Assembly: GCA_009885935.1 (NCBI GenBank)
Contig: VFJT01000118.1
Location: 1 to 46,605 of the forward strand
DNA length: 46,605 nucleotides
Reading direction: 5' to 3'
Source: Gammaproteobacteria bacterium
GTDB lineage: Bacteria > Pseudomonadota > Gammaproteobacteria > UBA1113
Below, one piece after another: positions 26,896 through 36,285 of the stretch (its first letter is position 1; each line of letters opens with the position of its first letter). A program made the translations under genes and the position numbers. The notes beneath the pieces were generated by a model. It had not been told where the DNA came from and did not search any database. It worked only from the letters and a program-made list of their open reading frames with translations.

Positions 26896-28179
26896 TCACG
26901 CTCCTTTTGTATTCAACAACACTGCGCCACCTTGGCCACCGCCTATACATAAAGAAGCAATACCCTGCTTTGCTTTATGCTGCCGTAATGTGTGCAATAA
27001 ATGCAATATGATGCGCGCACCACTGGCACCCACCGGATGCCCGCAGGCAATAGCGCCCCCATCCACATTGAGGCGATCCATAGGCAATGTTCCTAGGGCT
27101 TTTGGCATCCCTAATTTATTCTGACAATATTCGTTGCTGGCCAGAGCTTCTATACAAGCCAGCACTTGTACGGCAAAAGCTTCATTGATTTCCCAATAGT
27201 CTATATCGTTCAACGTTAAATGATTGCGCGCTAATAATGGCGGTATCGCATACGCGGGCCCTAAACCCATGCGACTGGGATCTAATGCCGCCCAGTTGTA
27301 ATCGACGATTTCTCCTAATACTGGCCAGCGATAATGCTTGACCGCTTCTTCGCTCGCCAATAATAAATACGCCGCGCCATCCGTGATTTGTGAACTATTT
27401 CCTGGGGTGACTTGCCCATAACGCAGATCAAATACAGGGGCTAATTTAGCGAGTTTTTCTAAACTACTGTCTACACGCACACCGTCGTCATAATCGTAAC
27501 AGTGGCCTTGATTATCATAAATAGGCACTATTTCGCTTAAGCGGTGTTCTTTTTGCGCTGCGGCGAAACGTTGGTGACTCTGTACAGAGTATGCATCCAT
27601 CTTTTGGCGGCTGATGTTAAAATCGTGCGCCAAAATCTCAGCCGTTTCTCCCATCCCTAAATTGACTTGATGATCTTTCAAGCCCAGCAATAAAGCCACT
27701 ATAGGTTTAAAAAAAGGGGGCCTCAATGCCAAACCCGTTTTTAATTTGGCCAGTATATTCTTTTGTTGTTGTAGACGCAGCAACCAATCTACCATTGCCG
27801 GACTAAACAACAACGGTGCCTGACTCATGGCTTCACAACCACCGGCTAACACCACTTGCGATTGCCCACGTTGTATGGATTCCATCGCCGACACCACCGC
27901 CTGCATCCCCGAAGCACAATTACGTTGCACCGTCCACGCGGGTATGGATTCATCTAAACCCAGCCGCAAACCCACTACACGCGAAATATTGGCTTCATAC
28001 GCACTGGGCATAACGCATCCGGTAATCACTTCATCGATTTGTGTAGGCAGAACTCCTACTCGCAATAATAAGGCACGGGCAGCGGATACGGCTAAGTCGG
28101 AAGCTAAAAAAGGCCCGCGCCCTTTAGCTCGTATAAAAGGGGTGCGCGCCCCATCGACTATTAATACTCTTTTACTCAC
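26896..28179 (-). CDS. fadI: Acetyl-CoA C-acyltransferase (thiolase)
   Basis: RTPF, RNCASG, NSSQITDGA, EINEAFA, GGAIACGHPVGASG, LCIGGGQG. Confidence 0.9.
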   Translation of the reverse strand: MSKRVLIVDGARTPFIRAKGRGPFLASDLAVSAARALLLRVGVLPTQIDEVITGCVMPSAYEANISRVVGLRLGLDESIPAWTVQRNCASGMQAVVSAMESIQRGQSQVVLAGGCEAMSQAPLLFSPAMVDWLLRLQQQKNILAKLKTGLALRPPFFKPIVALLLGLKDHQVNLGMGETAEILAHDFNISRQKMDAYSVQSHQRFAAAQKEHRLSEIVPIYDNQGHCYDYDDGVRVDSSLEKLAKLAPVFDLRYGQVTPGNSSQITDGAAYLLLASEEAVKHYRWPVLGEIVDYNWAALDPSRMGLGPAYAIPPLLARNHLTLNDIDYWEINEAFAVQVLACIEALASNEYCQNKLGMPKALGTLPMDRLNVDGGAIACGHPVGASGARIILHLLHTLRQHKAKQGIASLCIGGGQGGAVLLNTKGA

Positions 28180-28228
28180 AATATCCTCACATCAAATTGC
28201 CAAAGGTAAATGTAGCAGGAAAATGGTT

Positions 28229-28786
28229 TCATTGTAATAACCACGACTGCTGGCCTGGTTCATATACGGTGTATTCTGTACAAATTATACCATCACCCAG
28301 TTTTGGTGTGCTTTTATTATCCATAAAAGGCATTGCCTCCACTGCTTGCAGCAGCATTTTTTGTCCAGAGGCTTTTAATTGCCTCTGCACGCTGATGCGA
28401 AAAAAGTCTACCCCCGTTTCCACGTTGCCCTTAATTTGCGCACAAGGCTGAGTCATGATGCGTTCGTAAATGACTCCTATTTGTTCATCTGCCACGTTAT
28501 CAATACAAGTCGCCGTAGGCCAAGAATTGTTAGCTATAAAAAAATAATCATTACTCACAGAATACGGCACGAAACATTTTCCTGTTGCTACTCGTTGCGG
28601 CAATTGCCCTTCGGCCAAAGCCAATTGCTGCCATAGCCTATCCTGCATTTTTACCTGCAGCCATACATAATATTGACTGCGTTTCACCCATTGCGCTTGT
28701 TCAAAGGTGGCCATTACAATCAACGACAACACCATTAAAACAGTCATCACAATGATTAAGGTAAAGCCTTGTTGTTTTGTTTTCAT
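28229..28786 (-). CDS. pilX: Type IV minor pilin, PilX-like
   Basis: QQG|FTLIIVM prepilin leader lacking E5, as typical of PilX; third gene of the V-W-X cluster. Confidence 0.7.
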   Translation of the reverse strand: MKTKQQGFTLIIVMTVLMVLSLIVMATFEQAQWVKRSQYYVWLQVKMQDRLWQQLALAEGQLPQRVATGKCFVPYSVSNDYFFIANNSWPTATCIDNVADEQIGVIYERIMTQPCAQIKGNVETGVDFFRISVQRQLKASGQKMLLQAVEAMPFMDNKSTPKLGDGIICTEYTVYEPGQQSWLLQ

Positions 28787-29686
28787 TTACGACACCCCAG
28801 GTTGCAAAGGAACATCCACTTCCATCGCTTGATACAAATGGCCATCGTCATTGCGATAAGAAAGTCCTGCAAAAAAATAATTCTGCGGGCGATGCGTGAC
28901 ACGTTCTAAACTTTTCAATAAAATATGCGTTACTAATACAGTATGATTTTGATTGTCTGTAATCTTATTCAATTGCAAATCCTCAACGCCATCGGCCCAT
29001 TCGTAAGTTTGGCCGTTTTCATAAGAATACAATCCCCAAATCGGCGCGCCCAATCGCGTTTTTCTATCGGTTTTAGCAATATAAAATGTTTTGCTTTGCC
29101 ATAAACCAAAATAACTGCCTGCAGCAAAGGCTGTGCTGTTATTGGGTGTGTTCACAATCTGCTGATTATTTTGCACGCGGGCGTTAAGCACTGTTGTTAA
29201 TTGCGCCTCTTTGCAATCGGCAATCATCACCGCATCGCCCGCCTTCAAGCGTTGATGTGTAGAAAGAGTCCATGGATTTTGGTTTGTTGCATGATCAATC
29301 AATAGGTAATCATGCCACACCGCCATTTTTTCAATGTGTATCACCATGGTATGGGCTTTAGCCTGATAACCCTTACCTAGCCAAGCCGCCGGCACTTCTT
29401 CGGCACGGCGTATTTGCACCGCCTCATCCGTATTAACGCGCAAACAGCCGCGATAGCCAGCGCCACTGAACTCGTGAGTAAACAATTGAGATACGCGACC
29501 AAATTGGCGCTGTAAGGAAAACACATTGCTCTGATAATGGCTTTGCTCTATGCTGTTTAACAGGATAGTCATGATCACCGTCATGACTATCAACGACAAA
29601 GCCAAGGTCACTATTATTTCTAACAGCAAAGCACCTGTTATTGTTCTGTGTGTAAACACAGGCTTATCCGGAATAATCGAGTTCAT
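28787..29686 (-). CDS. pilW: Type IV minor pilin, PilW-like
   Basis: G|ALLLEII hydrophobic N-terminus, AGYRGC, MIADC, FYI, ADGVEDLQ. Confidence 0.78.
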   Translation of the reverse strand: MNSIIPDKPVFTHRTITGALLLEIIVTLALSLIVMTVIMTILLNSIEQSHYQSNVFSLQRQFGRVSQLFTHEFSGAGYRGCLRVNTDEAVQIRRAEEVPAAWLGKGYQAKAHTMVIHIEKMAVWHDYLLIDHATNQNPWTLSTHQRLKAGDAVMIADCKEAQLTTVLNARVQNNQQIVNTPNNSTAFAAGSYFGLWQSKTFYIAKTDRKTRLGAPIWGLYSYENGQTYEWADGVEDLQLNKITDNQNHTVLVTHILLKSLERVTHRPQNYFFAGLSYRNDDGHLYQAMEVDVPLQPGVS

Positions 29687-30047
29687 CGACTAAGTCCAAA
29701 GGCACGCCATCTGGATTAAACACTGCCGCCAACGGCTGCCACTTGAGATGAAAGCTACAAAAAGGCCCTAAGGCCGAAAATGCCACGGTTGCCTGGGGTA
29801 GCCACTGCGGTAACTCATTTTGCCATTGTATAAAAGCGGCATTAAAAGCCTCTCCTTGGCGCAAAACCCGGTAGCGTACCAGCAGATTAGACGCTTCTTC
29901 TATAGCCACCGTGCGTAATAAGCCCTGGTTCATAATGCGAAAAGACAGAAATTGCAGGCGAATAATGGCCAAAATACCGATGGCAAAAAGTGTGAGGGAA
30001 ATCATTAATTCAATGAGACTTAATCCCCGTTGGCCATGAGAAAACAT
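29664..30047 (-). CDS. pilV: Type IV minor pilin, PilV-like
   Basis: QRG|LSLIELMISL..FAIGIL....LQ, W...L..WLP. Confidence 0.8.
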   Translation of the reverse strand: MFSHGQRGLSLIELMISLTLFAIGILAIIRLQFLSFRIMNQGLLRTVAIEEASNLLVRYRVLRQGEAFNAAFIQWQNELPQWLPQATVAFSALGPFCSFHLKWQPLAAVFNPDGVPLDLVDELDYSG

Positions 30048-30077
30048 CTAGTTACACCTTACAATATAAATCAGCGC

Positions 30078-30134
30078 GTAGGGGCAGGCCCCCGTGCCTG
30101 CCCTAGGGGGGCGACCACAGGGGGTCGCCCCTAC
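30078..30134. repeat. REP doublet (REPIN-like), family A
   Basis: GTAGGGGCAGGCCCCCGTGCCTGCCC-TAGGG-GGGCGACCACAGGGGGTCGCCCCTAC. Confidence 0.92.
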
Positions 30135-30331
30135 GCTATTTTTAGCATTTCAAATAAATAATATATATTTTAATTATGTTTTTAATATTTTTCAAGGGCT
30201 AACCTCACTTATTTCATCATAACCTTATGGTTTTCTTAAAAAGGGCAGTTATTTTGCGTCTAAACCCGTGCGAAACCACGCTTTTCTGCTAGGCTATTAC
30301 TAGAGTGTGTTATTTTACAGAGAGTTACATA

Positions 30332-30643
30332 ATGACTAAGTCTGAATTGATCGATAAATTGTATAGCCTGTTCCCTAGTCTAGGGCCAGAAAAAGCGCAT
30401 ATGGCTGTGAATTTAATTGTAGATAAAATGGCCGAAAGCTTATTGAATGGCGAACGAATCGAAATCCGCCGCTTAGGTAGCTTCGCCCTACGCCATCACA
30501 AGCCCCGCGCTGCTCATAATCCTAAGACCGGTCAGAAGTTAGTGGCTAAAGAAAAATACAGCGTACACTTTAAGCCCAGCAAGGAATTAAAAGAAGCTAT
30601 CAACGAAGCTCGTGATAACGGTGTTCCTCCTGGGGAAGAATAA
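30332..30643 (+). CDS. ihfB: Integration host factor beta subunit
   Basis: MTKSELI, GERIEIR..GSF.L.H..PR.A.NPKTG, HFKP.KEL. Confidence 0.9.
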   Translation: MTKSELIDKLYSLFPSLGPEKAHMAVNLIVDKMAESLLNGERIEIRRLGSFALRHHKPRAAHNPKTGQKLVAKEKYSVHFKPSKELKEAINEARDNGVPPGEE

Positions 30644-30656
30644 CTGTTCTGTGTTT

Positions 30657-30680
30657 GTAGGGGCGCCTCGCGAGGCGCCC
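30657..30680 (+). repeat. GTAG-type REP (family B), likely also the ihfB terminator
   Basis: GTAGGGGCGCCTCGCGAGGCGCCC followed by tttcctttct. Confidence 0.85.
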
Positions 30681-30701
30681 TTTCCTTTCTTAGCGTTCAT
30701 A

Positions 30702-30730
30702 GTGACAATAGATATCACATAAGGTATGAT
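30702..30730 (+). promoter_or_regulatory. Predicted sigma70 promoter of tRNA-Pro
   Basis: GTGACA, 17 bp, TATGAT; ends 9 nt before the tRNA. Confidence 0.6.
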
Positions 30731-30739
30731 TGCGTCCTT

Positions 30740-30816
30740 CGGGGTGTGGCGCAGCTTGGTAGCGCACTTGCATGGGGTGCAAGGGGCCGCTGGTTCGAAT
30801 CCAGTCACCCCGACCA
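30740..30816 (+). tRNA. tRNA-Pro(GGG)
   Basis: CGGGGTG...CACCCCG acceptor stem, CTTGC-AT-GGG-GT-GCAAG anticodon arm, GGTTCGAATCC T-arm, encoded CCA. Confidence 0.97.
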
Positions 30817-30865
30817 GACATATCAATGAATACAAAATAATTAAATATCGGTGCCCAATTAAAAA

Positions 30866-30889
30866 GGGCGGCTCGCGAGCCGCCCCTAC
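30866..30889 (-). repeat. GTAG-type REP (family B)
   Basis: Minus strand GTAGGGGCGGCTCGCGAGCCGCCC, inverted relative to 30657-30680. Confidence 0.85.
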
Positions 30890-30910
30890 AATAGATTTGC
30901 GCTAGAGAGT

Positions 30911-31222
30911 TTATTCGTCGTTAGCGGCATCGCCATGTAAAACACCGGATAAACGTTGTTTTAACACTTGACCGGCATGAAACACCAGTACGCGTCGTGC
31001 CGTTATTTCCGCAGCTTCACCCGTTTTAGGGTTACGGCCAGGACGGCTGGACTTATCGCGGGTAATAAATTTACCAAATTTAGACAACAACACATTGCCT
31101 TCGTTAATGACGGCATCGTTGATTAGGGTAAAAAAGGCTTCTACCACTTTTTGGCTGTTTTTTCTATCTAAATCCATCTCTTTGCACAGATGTTCCATTA
31201 AATTTGCTTTAGTTAAGGCCAT
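30911..31222 (-). CDS. ihfA: Integration host factor alpha subunit
   Basis: MALTKA.L.E.L, V.LS.FG.F..RDK..RPGRNPKTGE...ITARRV..F.AGQ.LK; downstream of pheT. Confidence 0.93.
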   Translation of the reverse strand: MALTKANLMEHLCKEMDLDRKNSQKVVEAFFTLINDAVINEGNVLLSKFGKFITRDKSSRPGRNPKTGEAAEITARRVLVFHAGQVLKQRLSGVLHGDAANDE

Positions 31223-31263
31223 TTTCCACTCCTTCGCATTACTTTACACCAATGAAGATCCAC

Positions 31264-31321
31264 GTAGGGGCAGGCCCCCGTGCCTGCCCTAACTAGGGCA
31301 ACCACAGGGGGTTGCCCCTAC
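31264..31321. repeat. REP doublet (REPIN-like), family A
   Basis: GTAGGGGCAGGCCCCCGTGCCTGCCC-TAACTA-GGGCAACCACAGGGGGTTGCCCCTAC. Confidence 0.92.
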
Positions 31322-31352
31322 GCACCAATTTAAATCTTGATGGGTACATGCG

Positions 31353-33809
31353 TCAATTACGCAATACCGCGGCTAACTCTGTAGCCAGGGCATTTACTAC
31401 TTTTGCCATCCAATCATTGACTTCATCGTCTACCAAGGTGCGCTCACTATGCTGCAACATCATGGCAACGGCTAGACTCTTATGACCAGAGGCAACCCCT
31501 TGACCCTGGTAAACATCGAATAAGCGCACAGCGACAACATCAAACGGTGCAATTTGCGCCCGAATGACCGCTTCTATGCGTTCGTATGTTACCTCGTTAG
31601 ACACCGTAAAAGCTAAATCGCGCCTAATCGCCGGGTACTTTGAAAGTGTAGCAAACCTAGGCAAAGTTGCCAGTGCCAAGGCCTCTAATGTGAGCTCAAA
31701 CACAAAGATAGGGCCATCTAAGTCGAATTGTGCCACCAAACTGGGGTGTAAAGCCCCTAATTCGCCTATTTTTTGATTGCCGTGGTAGATAGCGAGTGCC
31801 TGTTTAGGGTGCAGACAGGGGTTATTTTCCGGTTTAAAGGTGCATTCTTCCAGTAACTTAAATTGCTGTAATAGGGCCTCTACATCCCCCTTCATATCAA
31901 AAAAATCGACTTTCTGCGCAGCGAGCCCCCATTGCAAAGGCCAACGCTGGCCGGCAATAATGCCTGCAACGCGCATCTCTTCGTGGATATCTTCTATAAG
32001 GGATTCCGGAGCAGCATAACCCTCTGTGGCTGCCCTATCAAGCCAAGCATGGGAGCCTGCGATAATGGGACTATAAACCCGGCCTATCTCAAAAAAGCGC
32101 ATTCTGTCTTGTTGGCGATTTTGATTGTACTGTACCGCTTGTAGCAAGCCTTGCCATAAACTAGTGCGCATCACCGCCAAATCGGCAGAGATCGGATTAC
32201 GCAACGACAAGGGCGTTCTGTCGGGAAATAAAAGTGCTTCCTTCTTTTTATCTACAAAACTGTAGGTGATGAGTTCTTGATAAGCCCGCGCCATAAGGGC
32301 GGTGCTGATTTGCGCACTGTCTTGCTGCTGTTTGTTATCCGCCTTAGGCATCAATACTTGCTGTGGATACTGATGAGCAATACGATCATAGCCATAGACA
32401 CGCGCAATTTCTTCTATTAAGTCGATCTCGGCCACTACATCGGCCCTAAAACTAGGCACAATGACACGCCAGCTTTCTTTATCATAGTCTAATGACATAC
32501 CTAATCCACGCAGAATAGATTCTACGTCAGCATTAGCGATTTCAACTCCTAAAATACGCGTGATGCGACTTTTGCGCAAGGTAATGATAACTTCTGGTGG
32601 CAAGGCTGCAGCAGAAGTCTCTTCAATCACAGGCGCCGCTTTACCGCCGCTGATGGCCAATAATAATTCTGTAGCGCGATCTAAAGCCATCGCTTGTAGT
32701 TGCCAATCGACACCGCGTTCAAAACGATGTGAGCTATCCGTATGTAAACCGTAACGACGCGCAACACCGGCTAAGGCCAGCGGCGTAAAATAAGCGCTTT
32801 CTAGAAAAATATTCGTTGTGCTATTTTGCACAGCGCTTTCTACCCCACCCATCACTCCGGCTAAAGCCAATACTTTTTTATCATCGGCAATGACCACAGT
32901 GTTTGCATCTAAAGCAATGGTTTTGCCATCCAGCAACGCTACATTTTCACCGGCGAGGGCTTTACGCACATGAACATTGCCTTGTAACTTATCGGCATCG
33001 AAAGCATGCAAGGGTTGGCCTAGTTCCAACATCACATAATTAGTGACATCGACTACGGGCGATAGCGATCTGAGGCCACTGCGGCGTAACCGCTCTTTTA
33101 ACCACAATGGGGTGGCTACACTATTATCAATGCCGCTGATTGTGCGCCCTACATAACGACCACAAGAAAGCGTATCGTCAATAAATACCTTAGGCGTAGC
33201 TTGTTTTTCTACCTGAATCGAGGGGGCTGTCAATGGCGAGGCAAAAGGCTGGCCGCTGGCAATGGCTAATTCGCGCGCCAAACCTTGTACCGATAAACAA
33301 TCGCCGCGATTGGGCGTTAAATCCAAGCGTATAGATTGATCGTCTAGCTGCAAATAACGACGCAAATCCTCGCCTAAAGGCGCGTCAGCTGGCAATTCTA
33401 AAATACCGCTGCTGTTATCCGTTAATCCCAGTTCGCTGGCTGAACACAACATGCCTTCTGAATCTACGCCGCGTAAACACGAACGTTTTATTTTAACAGT
33501 GCCGCCACTCAATTCTGCTCCCACCATCGCCACCGCTACTTTCAAACCAACACGCACATTGCTAGCCCCGCACACGATTTGCAAAGGCGTTTCTAATGGC
33601 AGCACTTGAACGCCGCATACACGCAATTTGTCTGCATCGGGATGAGGCTTAACGGTTAAAACTTCACCTACCAGAACATTAGAAAAATGTTCGGCTACAG
33701 GCGTGCATTCATCTAATTCATGACCCAAGGCCGTAAATAAAGCAATTATTTTCTCGCTAGAAATAGCGGGGTTTACCCAGGTGCGTAACCAGTTCTCAGA
33801 AAATTGCAT
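31353..33809 (-). CDS. pheT: Phenylalanine--tRNA ligase beta subunit
   Basis: MQFSENWLR, HPDADKL, TPNRGDCLS, LGQPLHAFD, RFERGVD, DLIEEIARVYGY, SKYPAIRRDLA. Confidence 0.97.
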   Translation of the reverse strand: MQFSENWLRTWVNPAISSEKIIALFTALGHELDECTPVAEHFSNVLVGEVLTVKPHPDADKLRVCGVQVLPLETPLQIVCGASNVRVGLKVAVAMVGAELSGGTVKIKRSCLRGVDSEGMLCSASELGLTDNSSGILELPADAPLGEDLRRYLQLDDQSIRLDLTPNRGDCLSVQGLARELAIASGQPFASPLTAPSIQVEKQATPKVFIDDTLSCGRYVGRTISGIDNSVATPLWLKERLRRSGLRSLSPVVDVTNYVMLELGQPLHAFDADKLQGNVHVRKALAGENVALLDGKTIALDANTVVIADDKKVLALAGVMGGVESAVQNSTTNIFLESAYFTPLALAGVARRYGLHTDSSHRFERGVDWQLQAMALDRATELLLAISGGKAAPVIEETSAAALPPEVIITLRKSRITRILGVEIANADVESILRGLGMSLDYDKESWRVIVPSFRADVVAEIDLIEEIARVYGYDRIAHQYPQQVLMPKADNKQQQDSAQISTALMARAYQELITYSFVDKKKEALLFPDRTPLSLRNPISADLAVMRTSLWQGLLQAVQYNQNRQQDRMRFFEIGRVYSPIIAGSHAWLDRAATEGYAAPESLIEDIHEEMRVAGIIAGQRWPLQWGLAAQKVDFFDMKGDVEALLQQFKLLEECTFKPENNPCLHPKQALAIYHGNQKIGELGALHPSLVAQFDLDGPIFVFELTLEALALATLPRFATLSKYPAIRRDLAFTVSNEVTYERIEAVIRAQIAPFDVVAVRLFDVYQGQGVASGHKSLAVAMMLQHSERTLVDDEVNDWMAKVVNALATELAAVLRN
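32010..32066 (-). repeat. Decayed REP doublet embedded in frame in pheT
   Basis: attatcGCAGGCtCCCaTGCtTGgCt-TGATA-GGGCAgCCACAGaGGGTTatgctgct; 15/20 and 16/18 identity to the two halves of the doublet at 31264-31321. Confidence 0.75.
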
Positions 33810-33824
33810 AACAGTTTAAGATCC

Positions 33825-36269
33825 TTAATGTGGGCGGTCTTCTTTACGGCGCTGGGTTTTAGGGGATCGTTTCACCACTTTATCTAAAACAGCATCGCTG
33901 ATACTAGTGCTTTCTACGATGGGTTCTTCTTTTAACGGTTCCGGTGAATGATCTAAGGCCAGTGCTAATACTTCGTCAATCCAACGCACCGGTTTAATAT
34001 TAAGATTTTTGGTAATATTATTGGGAATTTCTTTTAACTCAGCACGATTCTCATAGGGAATGAGTACGGTCTTAATACCACCGCGATGCGCTGCCAATAA
34101 TTTTTCTTTTAAACCCCCTATAGGCAACACTTCACCGCGCAAGGTGATCTCTCCAGTCATGGCAACACTGGCTTTAACGGGGATCCCCGTTAGAGCCGAT
34201 ACCAAGGCCGTACACATCCCTATACCGGCACTAGGCCCATCTTTAGGCGTAGCCCCTTCGGGTACATGCACATGAATATCCACTTTGGTATAAAAATCAG
34301 GTTGTATGCCCAGTTGTCTGGCGCGACTGCGCACCACTGTCATAGCCGCTTGTATGGATTCTTGCATGACATCGCCTAGATGCCCTGTATAAGTAGATTT
34401 ACCTTTACCGGCAACGGCACACGCTTCAATCGTTAACAGTTCACCGCCCACTTGTGTCCAAGCAAGGCCCGTGACCTGGCCTACGCGATCTTCTTCGTCA
34501 GCCTTACCAAATCTGAATTTTTCCACCCCTAAATAGCGTTCTAAATTGCGTTTAGTAATGATGACTTTTTTGCGATCTTTTTTAACCAATAACTCTTTAA
34601 CCGCTTTTCGGCAACATTTGGCAATAGCGCGTTCCAAATTACGCACGCCCGATTCGCGGGTATAATAGCGAATGATATCTTGCAACACTTCCGTAGACAT
34701 GCTGAATTCTTTATTTTTTAAGCCATGCATTTCCATTTGCTTGCTCAACAAATGTCGTTTAGCGATGTTGATTTTTTCATCTTCGGTGTATCCAGCCAAA
34801 CGGATCACTTCCATTCTATCCAATAAAGCATCGGGAATATTCAATGAATTGGCGGTACAAATAAACATAACGTCAGACAAATCATAATCGACTTCTAAAT
34901 AGTGATCGCTAAAAGTATTATTTTGTTCAGGGTCCAGCACTTCTAGTAAAGCAGACGCCGGATCGCCGCGAAAATCCATCGCCATTTTATCCACTTCATC
35001 GAGCAGGAATAGTGGATTGCGGACTTTTGCTTTAATCAATTTTTGAATGATTTTCCCTGGCAAAGCACCTATATAGGTTCGTCTATGACCGCGAATTTCC
35101 GCCTCGTCCCGTACGCCCCCTAAGGATACACGTGCAAAATGACGTCCTGTGGCACGAGCAATAGATTCACCCAAAGACGTTTTACCGACGCCAGGAGGAC
35201 CTACAAAGCATAAAACAGGTCCTTTGATTTTTTTAACCCGTTGTTGTACCCCTATGTATTCAATGATACGTTCTTTGACTTCTTTTAACCCATAATGATC
35301 TTTTTCTAAAATGTTGATGGCCTGACGCAGATCTTTATTCACCGGCGTTGCTTCTATCCACGGTACGCTGACCATAGTATCTAGATAATTTCTAGATACG
35401 CTGGCTTCTGCCGACATCGGTGGCATAGCATTTAGTTTCTTTAATTCTGATTGTGCTTTCTCACGCACTGATTCAGGCAATGCTTTTATTTTACTTTCCA
35501 GCTGTTGCATCTCATCTTCAGCACCTTCCTCGCCCGCCATCTCTTTTTTGATGGCTTCTAGCTGTTCATTCAATAAATAATCGCGTTGTCTTTTCTCCAT
35601 TTGTCCCTTGACGCGGCCTTTAATGCGATTTTCCATTTCTATAATTTCAAGCTCAGAACCTATGCAAGCGATGAGTTCTTCTACCCTTTTTGAAACATCG
35701 AGTATTTCCAATAAGCGTTGTTTTACCATCAGTTTCAAGGGCAAATGTGCGATAACGCTATCGGCCAAACGAGAAGCATCGTCTATACCCATCAAAGAAG
35801 ATAAGACTTCCGCGGGCAATTTGCGATTGTTTTTAAGGTATTGTTCAAACTCAGATAAAATGAGATGGCTTAACACTTCATTTTCGCGTTCTTTTAGCGG
35901 CAAATCGGCTAACACTTCCACCTGCACTTGGTAAAAGGGTTCATCGGCTACATATTCTAATGCTTTACCGCGCTGCAAACCTTCAACCAAGACTTTGACT
36001 GTGCCGTCCGGCAGTTTTAACACTTGCAATACGCGCCCGATACACCCTAATTCATATAAGTCCTCGCTGGGGGGATCGTCTTTATCTGAATCTTTTTGCG
36101 CTGTCATAAAAACCCATTTCTCGCCTTGCGCTGCGGATTCCAGAGCGGCGATCGATTTTTCTCGACCTACAAACAGCGGCAAAACCATATGGGGGAAGAT
36201 GACCACATCGCGTAAAGCCAGAGCGGGCATGACTAATTTTTCTTCGGCCTGTAAGGTTGAATCTGACAT
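33825..36269 (-). CDS. lon: Lon protease
   Basis: [45 protein letters not shown]. Confidence 0.98.
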   Translation of the reverse strand: MSDSTLQAEEKLVMPALALRDVVIFPHMVLPLFVGREKSIAALESAAQGEKWVFMTAQKDSDKDDPPSEDLYELGCIGRVLQVLKLPDGTVKVLVEGLQRGKALEYVADEPFYQVQVEVLADLPLKERENEVLSHLILSEFEQYLKNNRKLPAEVLSSLMGIDDASRLADSVIAHLPLKLMVKQRLLEILDVSKRVEELIACIGSELEIIEMENRIKGRVKGQMEKRQRDYLLNEQLEAIKKEMAGEEGAEDEMQQLESKIKALPESVREKAQSELKKLNAMPPMSAEASVSRNYLDTMVSVPWIEATPVNKDLRQAINILEKDHYGLKEVKERIIEYIGVQQRVKKIKGPVLCFVGPPGVGKTSLGESIARATGRHFARVSLGGVRDEAEIRGHRRTYIGALPGKIIQKLIKAKVRNPLFLLDEVDKMAMDFRGDPASALLEVLDPEQNNTFSDHYLEVDYDLSDVMFICTANSLNIPDALLDRMEVIRLAGYTEDEKINIAKRHLLSKQMEMHGLKNKEFSMSTEVLQDIIRYYTRESGVRNLERAIAKCCRKAVKELLVKKDRKKVIITKRNLERYLGVEKFRFGKADEEDRVGQVTGLAWTQVGGELLTIEACAVAGKGKSTYTGHLGDVMQESIQAAMTVVRSRARQLGIQPDFYTKVDIHVHVPEGATPKDGPSAGIGMCTALVSALTGIPVKASVAMTGEITLRGEVLPIGGLKEKLLAAHRGGIKTVLIPYENRAELKEIPNNITKNLNIKPVRWIDEVLALALDHSPEPLKEEPIVESTSISDAVLDKVVKRSPKTQRRKEDRPH

Positions 36270-36285
36270 ATTTTTATCCTGTTAT

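Noticed and set aside
19631-31321. CRISPR array built from the 26-bp repeats
   Set aside because: Copies are dispersed or inverted, with no regular spacers and no cas genes
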